Below are positions 8,849 to 18,281 of a stretch of DNA of 33,832 nt, one piece after another. Under the pieces are notes generated by a model that saw only the letters and a list, made by a program, of their open reading frames with translations, was not told where the DNA came from and ran no database searches. Within the stretch, counting starts at the first letter, position 1. Every line of letters starts with the position of its first letter. The translations under genes were made by a program, and so were the position numbers. The DNA comes from Promethearchaeota archaeon (GTDB lineage: Archaea > Asgardarchaeota > Lokiarchaeia > Sigyniarchaeales > SOKP01): assembly GCA_016840165.1 (NCBI GenBank), contig JAEOSU010000091.1:1-33832 (forward strand). The letters are read 5' to 3'.

Positions 8849-9919
8849 TCAAATTAAAATTATCCCGACTGCATAGATAATCAGACCAAACAACAAATCT
8901 AATAATATTCGAATAATTTTATCCGTAGTCGTTTCATTGATTTTGGGATCATTCTTAAAATATGTCATAAATTCCTTTATACCAGTCGATAATCCTTCCT
9001 TTACTCTTCGATATTGCCAGATAAATAAACAGATACTTACTACTAACAATGGGATATATAAATAAACGGTAACAATACTAAAATCATTCCCTTGCAAGTA
9101 ACTCCATATCGCATGAACCGTTATAATATTATTTAGGGCATGGGCAAAAATTCCCGGAAAAATCCATCTTTTCCTTATTATTAACATTCCTAAAATTATT
9201 CCAACAAAAAGGGTTTGAAAAAACCATATTAATGGAAAAACAATTGAGACCGGTGTCAACGTGGGAGTTAATATATATGCAAAATGCCCTAGTCCAAAAA
9301 ATAATGCTGAAATTATCACAGCAGACATTTTATTAAAATATTCACTTCCTCTATTAGTTAAAAAGCCTCTACTCAAAGCCTCCTCGTAAAATGCTACAGA
9401 AAATTGTATTATTATCGCTGAAACTAAGAAAATTATATAACTTTCCAATAAATAGGAATTAATAGATGCTTCATTGAATACGCCTAAACTAACCGATACA
9501 TAATCCAGCATTTCTGGAATTAATAAATATCCAAAAAAATCTAAGGGAATAAAAACTAAGAATAAAATCAAGATTCCGTATAAAAGTTGGTATTTAAAAT
9601 TATGCTTGGAAATCTTGAAGAGGTTTAAAAAATTAACAGAAGGACTAATATCTTCTTTAAGAATTATCTTTCTTTTCTGCGATTGTAAAAGAAAGTTGCT
9701 AAAAATTAATGCTAATACAATAGCAATGATAATAATTAATGCTCTTAATATATAATAAATTGATGGGATGAAGATTTTTGTTGTTTCATTAATTAGAGAA
9801 ATGAAGTAGCTTGGATATAACAATAGCAAAAAGATCACTAAAAATATGATTAAAGATTCCAACAAAAAGTAGAGTCTTTGCTTTAAGATTTTGTTCCTCG
9901 GACTTATATCTCTGCTCAT
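8849..9919 (-). CDS. CPBP family (Abi/type II CAAX, Rce1-like) intramembrane protease
   Basis: Multi-pass protein with EEALSRG, FFGLGH and HALNN catalytic motifs. Confidence 0.9.
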   Translation of the reverse strand: MSRDISPRNKILKQRLYFLLESLIIFLVIFLLLLYPSYFISLINETTKIFIPSIYYILRALIIIIAIVLALIFSNFLLQSQKRKIILKEDISPSVNFLNLFKISKHNFKYQLLYGILILFLVFIPLDFFGYLLIPEMLDYVSVSLGVFNEASINSYLLESYIIFLVSAIIIQFSVAFYEEALSRGFLTNRGSEYFNKMSAVIISALFFGLGHFAYILTPTLTPVSIVFPLIWFFQTLFVGIILGMLIIRKRWIFPGIFAHALNNIITVHAIWSYLQGNDFSIVTVYLYIPLLVVSICLFIWQYRRVKEGLSTGIKEFMTYFKNDPKINETTTDKIIRILLDLLFGLIIYAVGIILI

Positions 9920-9975
9920 TATTTATCTCCATACAATGAATACTATAAATAAAAGTTGATAATATAAAAAACCAT

Positions 9976-11166
9976 TTAAATGTGTTTAAAATAATTGAAA
10001 GAACCGAATTCACTATTTATTAGTAATTGATTTTCTGAACTAGAGGGAGATTTCTCACAAAAACCGATAATCTTTGCATCTATATTATAATTCTTTGAAA
10101 TATTAATTATTTCTTTGGCCGTCTCTTCGCTAGTAAAGAATTCCATTCTATGACCCATATTAAAAACTTGATACATCTCATTCCAACTGGTTTCAGAAGA
10201 CTTTTGAATTATCTCAAAAATTTTAGGAATCTTGAAGAAATTATTTTTAATATATTTAATCCCAAACCCAAAATTTAAAAGTTTGGTTTGGCCTCCACCT
10301 GTATTATGAATAATTGCATTAATAGAATCCCTAAATTTCTTTAATACCTCTAATACAATAGGTGTATATGTTCTAGTGGGAGATAATAGTGCCTTTCCTA
10401 TTGTTAAATTCACATCTTTAATTGAATCAGTTAATTTATAATTCCCAAAAAAAAGAAGCTCCTTATTAACATTTATATCATAACATTCAGGATATTTGTG
10501 ATAATATTCATGGCTGAGAACCCCATGACGGGCTAAAGTTAAACCATTGCTCCCTATTCCACTATTATACTCTTCTTCATAGCTAGCTTTCCCATAACTA
10601 GCTAAACCTACAATTACATCTCCTTTTTTTATATTCGCTGCATTAATAACCTTATCCCTTCTCATCGTAGTGAAAATCGATGCATCAACGAGAATTGTTT
10701 TAACAATATCTCCAACATCAGCGGTCTCCCCTCCACATAGGACTGTATTGAGTCCTAATCCTGTGAGTTTTTTACAATACTTATCATACTCATCAATAAT
10801 AACAGAAATGATATCTCCAGGTATTATTTTACCATTTCTCCCAATATTATTTGATATAAAGTAATTACCATCTGCACCAACGCATAACACATCATCAATA
10901 TTCATCACTATAGCGTCTCTAACAACTCCCCTAAAGATATCAATATCATTAGTCTCTTTGAAATACATATAAGCTAAACTTGATTTTGTTCCCGCACCAT
11001 CAGAATGAAATATTGAACAATGAGACTTACGATTCTCATTATCATCCACAATTTTACAAAAAGCCCCCGGAAACAGGCCTTTATCGAGAGATTTTATTGC
11101 CTTATGAATGTCTTCTTTTTTTGAAGAGACTCCTAATTGGGAATATATATCTCGATCATCAGTCAT
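9976..11166 (-). CDS. purM: Phosphoribosylformylglycinamidine cyclo-ligase (AIR synthase)
   Basis: DGAGTK, MNIDD, GGETAD, GIGSNGLT, HNTGGG and VFNMG motifs; 2 nt downstream of purB. Confidence 0.9.
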   Translation of the reverse strand: MTDDRDIYSQLGVSSKKEDIHKAIKSLDKGLFPGAFCKIVDDNENRKSHCSIFHSDGAGTKSSLAYMYFKETNDIDIFRGVVRDAIVMNIDDVLCVGADGNYFISNNIGRNGKIIPGDIISVIIDEYDKYCKKLTGLGLNTVLCGGETADVGDIVKTILVDASIFTTMRRDKVINAANIKKGDVIVGLASYGKASYEEEYNSGIGSNGLTLARHGVLSHEYYHKYPECYDINVNKELLFFGNYKLTDSIKDVNLTIGKALLSPTRTYTPIVLEVLKKFRDSINAIIHNTGGGQTKLLNFGFGIKYIKNNFFKIPKIFEIIQKSSETSWNEMYQVFNMGHRMEFFTSEETAKEIINISKNYNIDAKIIGFCEKSPSSSENQLLINSEFGSFNYFKHI

Positions 11167-11168
11167 GA

Positions 11169-12527
11169 TTAGAAATTATACTTTTTATTAATGTATTTTA
11201 TAAGATTCTTAGTTAAGTTGACTGCCTCTCCAATATAATTATGTGGGTTTAATAAATCATCCAATTCTTCATTGGTGAAATTATCCTTTATTAATTTATT
11301 TTGAGTTAATATATCTTTGATCGATATGTCCTCATTTTTTGCTTTAATGGCAGCCTTTCTAAGAATTTCATGGCTTTCCTGTCTTCCAAAACCTTTATTT
11401 ACCAAATTAACCATGATTTTTTCTGCTAAACATGCTCCCTTAGTGAGATTTAAATTCTTTTCAATTTGCAGTTTATCTATAACAACATTTTCCAGATTAT
11501 TGGTGAGCTGCTCGAGCATATAGTCCAAAAATGTGAAATTTTCTGCGAAAATGACTCGTTCATTAGCAGAATTTGTAAGATCTCTTTCATCTTCAAGTAT
11601 AATATTATCTAAAGCCGGAATTATATTTGATTTGACTATACGTGCTAAACTACATATTCTTTCGGACTTATGTGGGTTCCTCTTATGTGGCATTGTTGAA
11701 CTACCAACTTGACTTTGCTTAAACGGTTCAAACATTTCTCCAATTTCATTTCGCTGTAAAATTCGAAATTGTCGTGCAATTTTTGCTAGCGTTTGCCCAA
11801 TCATAACTGTTAAAAATATGACCTCTGCATGACGATCCCTTTGAATAATTTGATTTGAAATTAAGGCGGGATTTAAATCCAGCTCTTTCATTAAATTCTC
11901 TTGAATTTGGATTCCATTGTTAGAGAAACTGGCCATAGTGCCAACCGCTCCCGACATTTTACCATATGAGATACGTTCAAGTACTTGATCTAATCTATCC
12001 AAATGTCTATCAATTTCATAGGCCCAAACTCCAAATCGCATTCCATAGGTGGTTGGGATGGCATGCTGACCATGTGTTCGCCCGATACAAACTAAAGATT
12101 TTGTCTCTTCTATAATGTGAAGTAATGTTTTTAATAATTTTTTTAAAGAGCTTTTAATTACTAATAAAGCCTCTCTTAATTGTAATGCAAGAGTAGTATC
12201 TTCAATATCATAGCTGGTCGCACCAAGATGGATATATTTACCTGCATCTCCTTTACATTGTTCCGCTAAAGCTTTAACCATTGCCATTAAATCATGATGG
12301 ATTTCATTGTCTATCTCTTTCACACGTTCAAGTTTAACATAATCTAAATTCGCTTTTTTTTGAATCTCTGTCGCGGCATCTTGAGGAATATTTCCCAACT
12401 GAGCATGTACTTTCGCTAATAATGCTTCAACCTTTAACCAATTCTCTAATTTTTGTTCTTCCGTAAATAATTCCGTAATAGGAGTTCTATAACGAGTTTC
12501 TATTGGATTTACAAATTTATGGCTCAT
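11169..12527 (-). CDS. purB: Adenylosuccinate lyase
   Basis: HLGATSYD, GRTHGQHA, GKMSGAVG and fumarate-lyase signature GSSTMPHKRNP. Confidence 0.97.
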   Translation of the reverse strand: MSHKFVNPIETRYRTPITELFTEEQKLENWLKVEALLAKVHAQLGNIPQDAATEIQKKANLDYVKLERVKEIDNEIHHDLMAMVKALAEQCKGDAGKYIHLGATSYDIEDTTLALQLREALLVIKSSLKKLLKTLLHIIEETKSLVCIGRTHGQHAIPTTYGMRFGVWAYEIDRHLDRLDQVLERISYGKMSGAVGTMASFSNNGIQIQENLMKELDLNPALISNQIIQRDRHAEVIFLTVMIGQTLAKIARQFRILQRNEIGEMFEPFKQSQVGSSTMPHKRNPHKSERICSLARIVKSNIIPALDNIILEDERDLTNSANERVIFAENFTFLDYMLEQLTNNLENVVIDKLQIEKNLNLTKGACLAEKIMVNLVNKGFGRQESHEILRKAAIKAKNEDISIKDILTQNKLIKDNFTNEELDDLLNPHNYIGEAVNLTKNLIKYINKKYNF

Positions 12528-12699
12528 TGTAAATAAAGTATTTTAAATCTCTTGATTTAAATAAGTATTCATTCCCTATTATTATTTTCCTATATATATC
12601 AAAAAGCATTAGTAAATGTTTGTCATAGTTTAAATAAAAAATTAGAAAATTATACTGCCTATAATAGTTAAAAGAGATTGTGATTATAAAAGAAATATA

Positions 12700-12936
12700 A
12701 TGCCTTATTCACTGAAGTTCTTTTTTTTTAGATGTTATCATTGTGGCGCATGGCATTATTCTAACAAAAGAATAAAATCTAAAAAATGTTGGAGATGTAA
12801 ACGTTCTTTTCAGTTTAAAAATTCAGTTAAATTCTCAAAAAATTGTGCATATACAACAGCCATCTCAATTATGAAAGAATTGAAAGCAAGCTCCCAGAAG
12901 GAGAATATCTCTCATTTTCTAAAAAATAAAAATTAA
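12700..12936 (+). CDS. Small basic zinc-ribbon protein (DUF1922-like)
   Basis: Two CxxC pairs (CYHC, CWRC) in 78 aa; fills an otherwise empty intergenic gap. Confidence 0.7.
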   Translation: MPYSLKFFFFRCYHCGAWHYSNKRIKSKKCWRCKRSFQFKNSVKFSKNCAYTTAISIMKELKASSQKENISHFLKNKN

Positions 12937-13024
12937 TTAAGTTTACATCCTTGTCTTTTTTATAATTTCTAAATTTAACTTTCATAGCTTTTATTAGAAT
13001 TAATTTACTCTCTGGTAACTTTTC

Positions 13025-14476
13025 ATGAGAATAATTGAAGAATTAAAAATATTTGATGATAATCTCATTTCCCGGTTAAATAAGTTATCATATAATAAGA
13101 TCGATTACTGGGATATTAGAGCAGGATTAATTCTTGGAACGAGTATCGATTTTACTAATCAAAAAAGTAAAGAAGTCAGCTCTTATGAGATAATAAATTG
13201 TGGAATACGCACTTTTTTAAATGGAGGTTGGGGTTTTTATGTATTAAACGACTTTGATAAAACTTCGATACTTCAAGGTTTTTCAAAGGCTTTAAAATTA
13301 GCTAGACAATCAGAAAAGTTATCTAACAAAAAGTTTCAAATAAAAGAACGAAAGCCTTTCATTAAAGATTATAAAAATCTTAGTAAAACTTGCCTAAAAG
13401 ATATAGAAATTGAGAAAAAAATCGCGATTGTAAAGGAACATGAAAAAATTGCATCCAATTTTTCAGACCAAATTAAGAATACTCGTACTGTATATTTGGA
13501 TAATTATTTAAACTCTCTTCTTTTAGATTCCTTCGGTAGTTTTTTATCTCAAGAATTTGAACTTTTACGTTTATTTTCTTCTGTATATGCCAATGAAAGT
13601 GGTATTACTCAAAATGGGTTAAACTCTATAGGTGGGATCGGAGGTTTTGAGATATTAGAATGTGAAGAAGCCCAAAATTTAAGTTATAAATCCGCTAAAC
13701 AAGCAGTTGATCTACTAAAGGCAAAATCACCACTTGGCGGAAAATTTACGGTAATAATGGACCCTAAATTAACTGGAACTTTCATTCATGAAGCATTTGG
13801 TCATGCTTGCGAAGCTGATCATATACTGAATAAAGAAAGCATACTAGAAGATAAAATTGGGCATCAAGTCGCTATGGACCAGGTAACCATTATTGATGAT
13901 CCAAGAATGGAACAAGGAAAGAAATTTAATTTAGACTACGAACTATATGGAACTTATCCTTTCGATGATGAGGGAACAATCTCCCAAGAAACGAAACTAG
14001 TTGAGAATGGAATACTTAAAAACTTTTTACATAGCTTAGAAACCGCTTCTCGTATGAATCAAACACCTAATGGGCATGGTAGGGCAGATTCAAATAGTTC
14101 AATTCCTCAAGTTAGAATGGGTTTTACTTATTTAGAACCAAGGGGTTGGTCATTGGAGGAGATCATCCAAGATACAAAACAAGGGATATTATGTGAAGAT
14201 TTTCAATATGGATATACTGATCCTACTACAGGAAATTTCCAATTTAAATGTAGAATTTCTTATAATATAGAAAATGGGGAAAAGAAGGAAATTTTAAGAG
14301 ATGTATCGCTCTCAGGGATGACTTTAGAAGTCTTAAATAAGATTTCTGCTATTGGTAATTATAATACATTTAATTATTCTGATGGAGTTTGTGGAAAGGG
14401 AGGTCAAGGAGTAAGAGTTTGCGATGGAGGACCTTATATCAGAATTGAGAATTTAACACTTGGAGGCTTGAGTTGA
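13025..14476 (+). CDS. tldD: TldD metalloprotease
   Basis: HEAFGH Zn motif, FDDEG, NGHGRA and C-terminal CGKGGQ third ligand. Confidence 0.93.
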   Translation: MRIIEELKIFDDNLISRLNKLSYNKIDYWDIRAGLILGTSIDFTNQKSKEVSSYEIINCGIRTFLNGGWGFYVLNDFDKTSILQGFSKALKLARQSEKLSNKKFQIKERKPFIKDYKNLSKTCLKDIEIEKKIAIVKEHEKIASNFSDQIKNTRTVYLDNYLNSLLLDSFGSFLSQEFELLRLFSSVYANESGITQNGLNSIGGIGGFEILECEEAQNLSYKSAKQAVDLLKAKSPLGGKFTVIMDPKLTGTFIHEAFGHACEADHILNKESILEDKIGHQVAMDQVTIIDDPRMEQGKKFNLDYELYGTYPFDDEGTISQETKLVENGILKNFLHSLETASRMNQTPNGHGRADSNSSIPQVRMGFTYLEPRGWSLEEIIQDTKQGILCEDFQYGYTDPTTGNFQFKCRISYNIENGEKKEILRDVSLSGMTLEVLNKISAIGNYNTFNYSDGVCGKGGQGVRVCDGGPYIRIENLTLGGLS

Positions 14477-15853
14477 ATGCAGAGACCACCAGATATTTAT
14501 AGCTTAGCAAATAAGGGAATCAAGTATGCTCTTAGAACTAATCCCAATCTTAAAGGAATTGAACTTTATTTTTCATTGAATAAAGACATGAATGTTAAAA
14601 TAGAAGAGAATTCCATAAAAAATAATGAAGTGGGATATGATAATGGATTTTGCGTAAGAACTCTTGATAGTCGCGGAGCTTTAGGATTTTCATTCGCTAA
14701 TAGAATCGGGGAGAAGAAACTTCTAAGTATCATTAATAAGGCTTTAAGTATGATGAAGTCTGGAACACCAGATCCAGATTTTAAAGAACTTCCACCAGCA
14801 TTTAATAATTATCCAAATGTAAAATCTCTTTATGATGAATCTATAAATAATCTTTCAATAGAAGAATCTGCGAGATATATAGAAAATATCATTAAAATAT
14901 GTGCTAACGATGATATGGCTATTTCACAATCGGGTAATTTTTCAACAAGTATCGCACATACATATATTTTCAATTCTAATGGATTAGAAGTATATTCCAA
15001 AGACTCTATGTGTTCTATTTCCTCTCATATGATTGTAAGGGATAAAATTACAAATGATACTTCCTTTGGATTTGAATATCAGATAAGTAGACATTTGGAT
15101 CAAATTGATGCGAATAATGTGGCGAATATAGCGCTTAAAAAAGCAAAATTAAACTTAAATCGTAAGAAAATAAAAAAGATGAACGTGCCTTTGATTTTAT
15201 CTCCTCAAGGAACGATTAGTTTAATTTTAAAACCCTTAGCTGCTGCCATTAATGCTGAATCTTACCAATATAATCGAAGTTTTCTAGTTGGTTTACGTGG
15301 AGAGATAATTGGATCCGAACAACTGAACGTAGAAGATAATGCTCTTTATGACCGAGCTGTGGGATCATCGTCATTTGACGGAGAAGGCGTTCCATGTCAA
15401 AATAAAAAGATAATCACCAAGGGTTTTTTTCACAAAAATGGTTTATTGCATAATTACTATACCGCAAGTAAAGAAGGAGTTAAAAGTACTGGTAATGCCG
15501 CTCGTTCTTCATACACTTCAGTACCTAAAATTGGAATTTCTAACTTTGAACTAAAATCAGGTATTTTAAGCAAAGATGACCTTTTTGATGGAATCAAATA
15601 CGGTATCCTTCTAAATTATACTGGAGATCGACCAAATTTAACTACAGGAGATTTTTCCGGATTAATACTGCAAGGTAATATTATAGAAAATGGAGAGATT
15701 AAAGAACCACTAAATGAAACTATGTTGGCAATTAATCTATTAGATCTATTTAAAAAAATAGAAGCTATTTCAAAAGATTCAATGACTTATGGTTCCCTTC
15801 AAGCACCCTATGTAAAAATTAATGAGGTTCAGATTATTGGGAGTGTTAAATAA
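14477..15853 (+). CDS. pmbA: PmbA/TldE non-catalytic partner of TldD
   Basis: FDGEG, STGNA and TGDFSG motifs; lacks HExxxH; abuts tldD. Confidence 0.9.
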   Translation: MQRPPDIYSLANKGIKYALRTNPNLKGIELYFSLNKDMNVKIEENSIKNNEVGYDNGFCVRTLDSRGALGFSFANRIGEKKLLSIINKALSMMKSGTPDPDFKELPPAFNNYPNVKSLYDESINNLSIEESARYIENIIKICANDDMAISQSGNFSTSIAHTYIFNSNGLEVYSKDSMCSISSHMIVRDKITNDTSFGFEYQISRHLDQIDANNVANIALKKAKLNLNRKKIKKMNVPLILSPQGTISLILKPLAAAINAESYQYNRSFLVGLRGEIIGSEQLNVEDNALYDRAVGSSSFDGEGVPCQNKKIITKGFFHKNGLLHNYYTASKEGVKSTGNAARSSYTSVPKIGISNFELKSGILSKDDLFDGIKYGILLNYTGDRPNLTTGDFSGLILQGNIIENGEIKEPLNETMLAINLLDLFKKIEAISKDSMTYGSLQAPYVKINEVQIIGSVK

Positions 15854-16373
15854 GCGTTATATCTAATCGGAGCAAAAGTATATTAAAAAAATGTTCTATC
15901 TCTGATTTAATTTCCCATAATTCAATGATTATTAGCTGATTTGAACCAGGTTGAGTAAAATTGACGTTTATCACATCTGAAACCCAAACACTTTCATGAG
16001 CTAATGTCTTATTATCAAAAGTATAATACAATGTACCATTCGAGGGACCAGGATATAATATTGTGTTATTATTACCTTTCAATATTTTAACGCGAAATTG
16101 ATAGTCTCTTTTCATATAATTACCTACAATAACCGAAAAATTGATAGGTTCACTAACTTTAGATTGTATTGTGTAATTTTCTAATTCCTCTCCATCCTTT
16201 AATACTGCAAAGTAGAGATATCCTGGTTCGGGAGTTAATACATAATAAATAATAAAACCAGAAACTACACAAATACCTATCAATAAGGAGATTTTTACGA
16301 GTTTTTCAAACTGATATTTTGTGTTATCATCCCGATTTCCATTATTATCTGATATCTTATTAAATACCTTCAT
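15846..16373 (-). CDS. Single-TM membrane-anchored protein, DUF1616-like
   Basis: One TM helix followed by a beta-rich extracellular domain (YFAVL...VIVGN...LLLRLDI); overlaps the upstream gene by 14 nt. Confidence 0.6.
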   Translation of the reverse strand: MKVFNKISDNNGNRDDNTKYQFEKLVKISLLIGICVVSGFIIYYVLTPEPGYLYFAVLKDGEELENYTIQSKVSEPINFSVIVGNYMKRDYQFRVKILKGNNNTILYPGPSNGTLYYTFDNKTLAHESVWVSDVINVNFTQPGSNQLIIIELWEIKSEIEHFFNILLLRLDITLI

Positions 16374-17427
16374 GTGTTTTAAACCAAGCGATAGTTTTTC
16401 TTAGTCCGTCCTCTAAGGAAGTTAATGGCTCCCAATTCAACAATTTTTTCGCTATTGAAATATCTGGACATCTTCTTACAGGATCATCAACAGGTAATGG
16501 CTTAAAGACAATCTTTGAGTTTGAATTAGTTAATTTTTTTATGGTTTGTGCTAGCTCAAGAATAGTATATTCTTTATCATTTCCTATATTTATTACCTCT
16601 CCAAGCGCTTCATCTTTATCCAGCATTTTTAAAATACCTTCTACCTCATCAATAACATAAATAAAGGATCGTGTTTGCTTACCATCACCAAAAACAGTTA
16701 TATCCTCATCATGTAATGCTTGATGAATGAAATTAGGTACTACTCTTCCAAATTCAGGACCATATCTAATTCTTGGACCTGAGGTATTAAATATTCTTAC
16801 AATTTTGGTTCTAATTTTGTGCTGTAACTCATATGCTTTTACAAAGGCTTCTCCTGCTCTTTTTGACTCATCATAGCAACTTCGGGGTCCAACGGGATTT
16901 ACATTGCCAAAGTATGTTTCTGAAGTAGGAATAGCACTATCTGGTGGGTTTCCATAAACTTCTGATGTGCTAGTATAAAAAAACAATGCATTATGTGCTT
17001 TTGCGATTCCCAAAGCATTCATAGTGCCAAGAGTATTACTTTTAAGTATCGAAATTGGATGATCTTTAAATTCAAAGGGGGAAGCTCTGCTTGCCATATG
17101 CATAACTATGTCTATTTTCTTAATATCACCAACACATACATTATCTGGATAATTACTAAATCCAAAATAAATAGGATTAGCGATATCATGATAAATAAAT
17201 CTAAAATTATCTTTATCCATTAATTGCGAGATATTACTTCCCGAACCCGAGCTAAAATTATCTATACAGATACAATTTGCTCCTTGCTTAATTAATAAAT
17301 CACATACCCATGAACCTAAAAATCCAGCTCCCCCAGAAATTAAAATGGTTTTATCTTCAAAACTGATTCTGTCTTTAGATAAACGATTCAGTAGTTCTTT
17401 TATATCTTCGCTAATATCATAATTCAA
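16360..17427 (-). CDS. UDP-glucuronate decarboxylase (UDP-xylose synthase-like extended SDR)
   Basis: SGGAGFLGS, ASRASP, TSTSEVYG, GNVNPVGPRSCYDESKR, RIFNT and LPVDDPVRRCPDI motifs; TTG start. Confidence 0.9.
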   Translation of the reverse strand: MNYDISEDIKELLNRLSKDRISFEDKTILISGGAGFLGSWVCDLLIKQGANCICIDNFSSGSGSNISQLMDKDNFRFIYHDIANPIYFGFSNYPDNVCVGDIKKIDIVMHMASRASPFEFKDHPISILKSNTLGTMNALGIAKAHNALFFYTSTSEVYGNPPDSAIPTSETYFGNVNPVGPRSCYDESKRAGEAFVKAYELQHKIRTKIVRIFNTSGPRIRYGPEFGRVVPNFIHQALHDEDITVFGDGKQTRSFIYVIDEVEGILKMLDKDEALGEVINIGNDKEYTILELAQTIKKLTNSNSKIVFKPLPVDDPVRRCPDISIAKKLLNWEPLTSLEDGLRKTIAWFKTHEGI

Positions 17428-17572
17428 TATAAAAACCCATGCTTAAGTATAATATTTAAATATAATTTATCAGTAATATTATATTTTCTTTAAGATTTTT
17501 GTATTAAATAGAAATCCATCAAAATATAAAAACAAATGCTACACCGAGATTAAAAAAGAAAACAGATTAGAG

Positions 17573-18175
17573 CTATTTGGTAGGATTTCCACAAAATTGG
17601 CAGAATTTTAATTCAAGCGGATAATGCTTTCCACAATTAGTGCATTTTTTTAAAGAATTATTAAGAATTTCCCTTCCAAGCATCTCAAATACCTTTTCAA
17701 CATTTTTTCCCGTCTTTGAAGAAGTGCCTATTATCTCCCCCTTAAAGTCATATTTATCAAAAATTTGATTAGCTTGAACAGCGGTTATTTGCCTTTGATC
17801 TTCCAAATCAATTTTTGCTTCTATTAAAATCTTGGTTTTAGGGTTGTTAGGAACTGAAGAAATAACATTCATCCAATCATGGAGATCCTCTAAGGAATCT
17901 TTGTTTGTTATATCATATAATATTAATGCTCCCGAGGCTCCAGAGACATAGGATGGTAAGAGCAGACGGAACTTTTTTTCCCCCGCAAAATCCCAGATGT
18001 TTAGAAGTACTTCTGTGTCATCAACTATAACTTTTTTTGTCTCGAAATCTACTCCTATAGTAGAAAGAGTGGACTTATCAAACTTTCCCGTAGCATAACG
18101 TCTAATTAAGGACGTTTTACCTACATTTTTAGCGCCGGCTACAACCACTTTGAATTTGATTATCTTAACCACCAA
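17573..18175 (-). CDS. Rab-like small GTPase with C-terminal zinc ribbon
   Basis: G1 GAKNVGKTS, G2/RabF1 STIGVDF, G3 WDFAGE, LYDIT, G5 SSKTG; C-terminal CTNC-x10-CQFC; TTG (or adjacent GTG) start. Confidence 0.9.
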   Translation of the reverse strand: MVVKIIKFKVVVAGAKNVGKTSLIRRYATGKFDKSTLSTIGVDFETKKVIVDDTEVLLNIWDFAGEKKFRLLLPSYVSGASGALILYDITNKDSLEDLHDWMNVISSVPNNPKTKILIEAKIDLEDQRQITAVQANQIFDKYDFKGEIIGTSSKTGKNVEKVFEMLGREILNNSLKKCTNCGKHYPLELKFCQFCGNPTK

Positions 18176-18281
18176 TAATGATAAAATTGTTAATTTTCAA
18201 ATATATTGTAAAAATTATTACTATTATATATTATCAGATTTAACAATAAAAATATAATTTTTGATTCTTCTTGATTAATAA

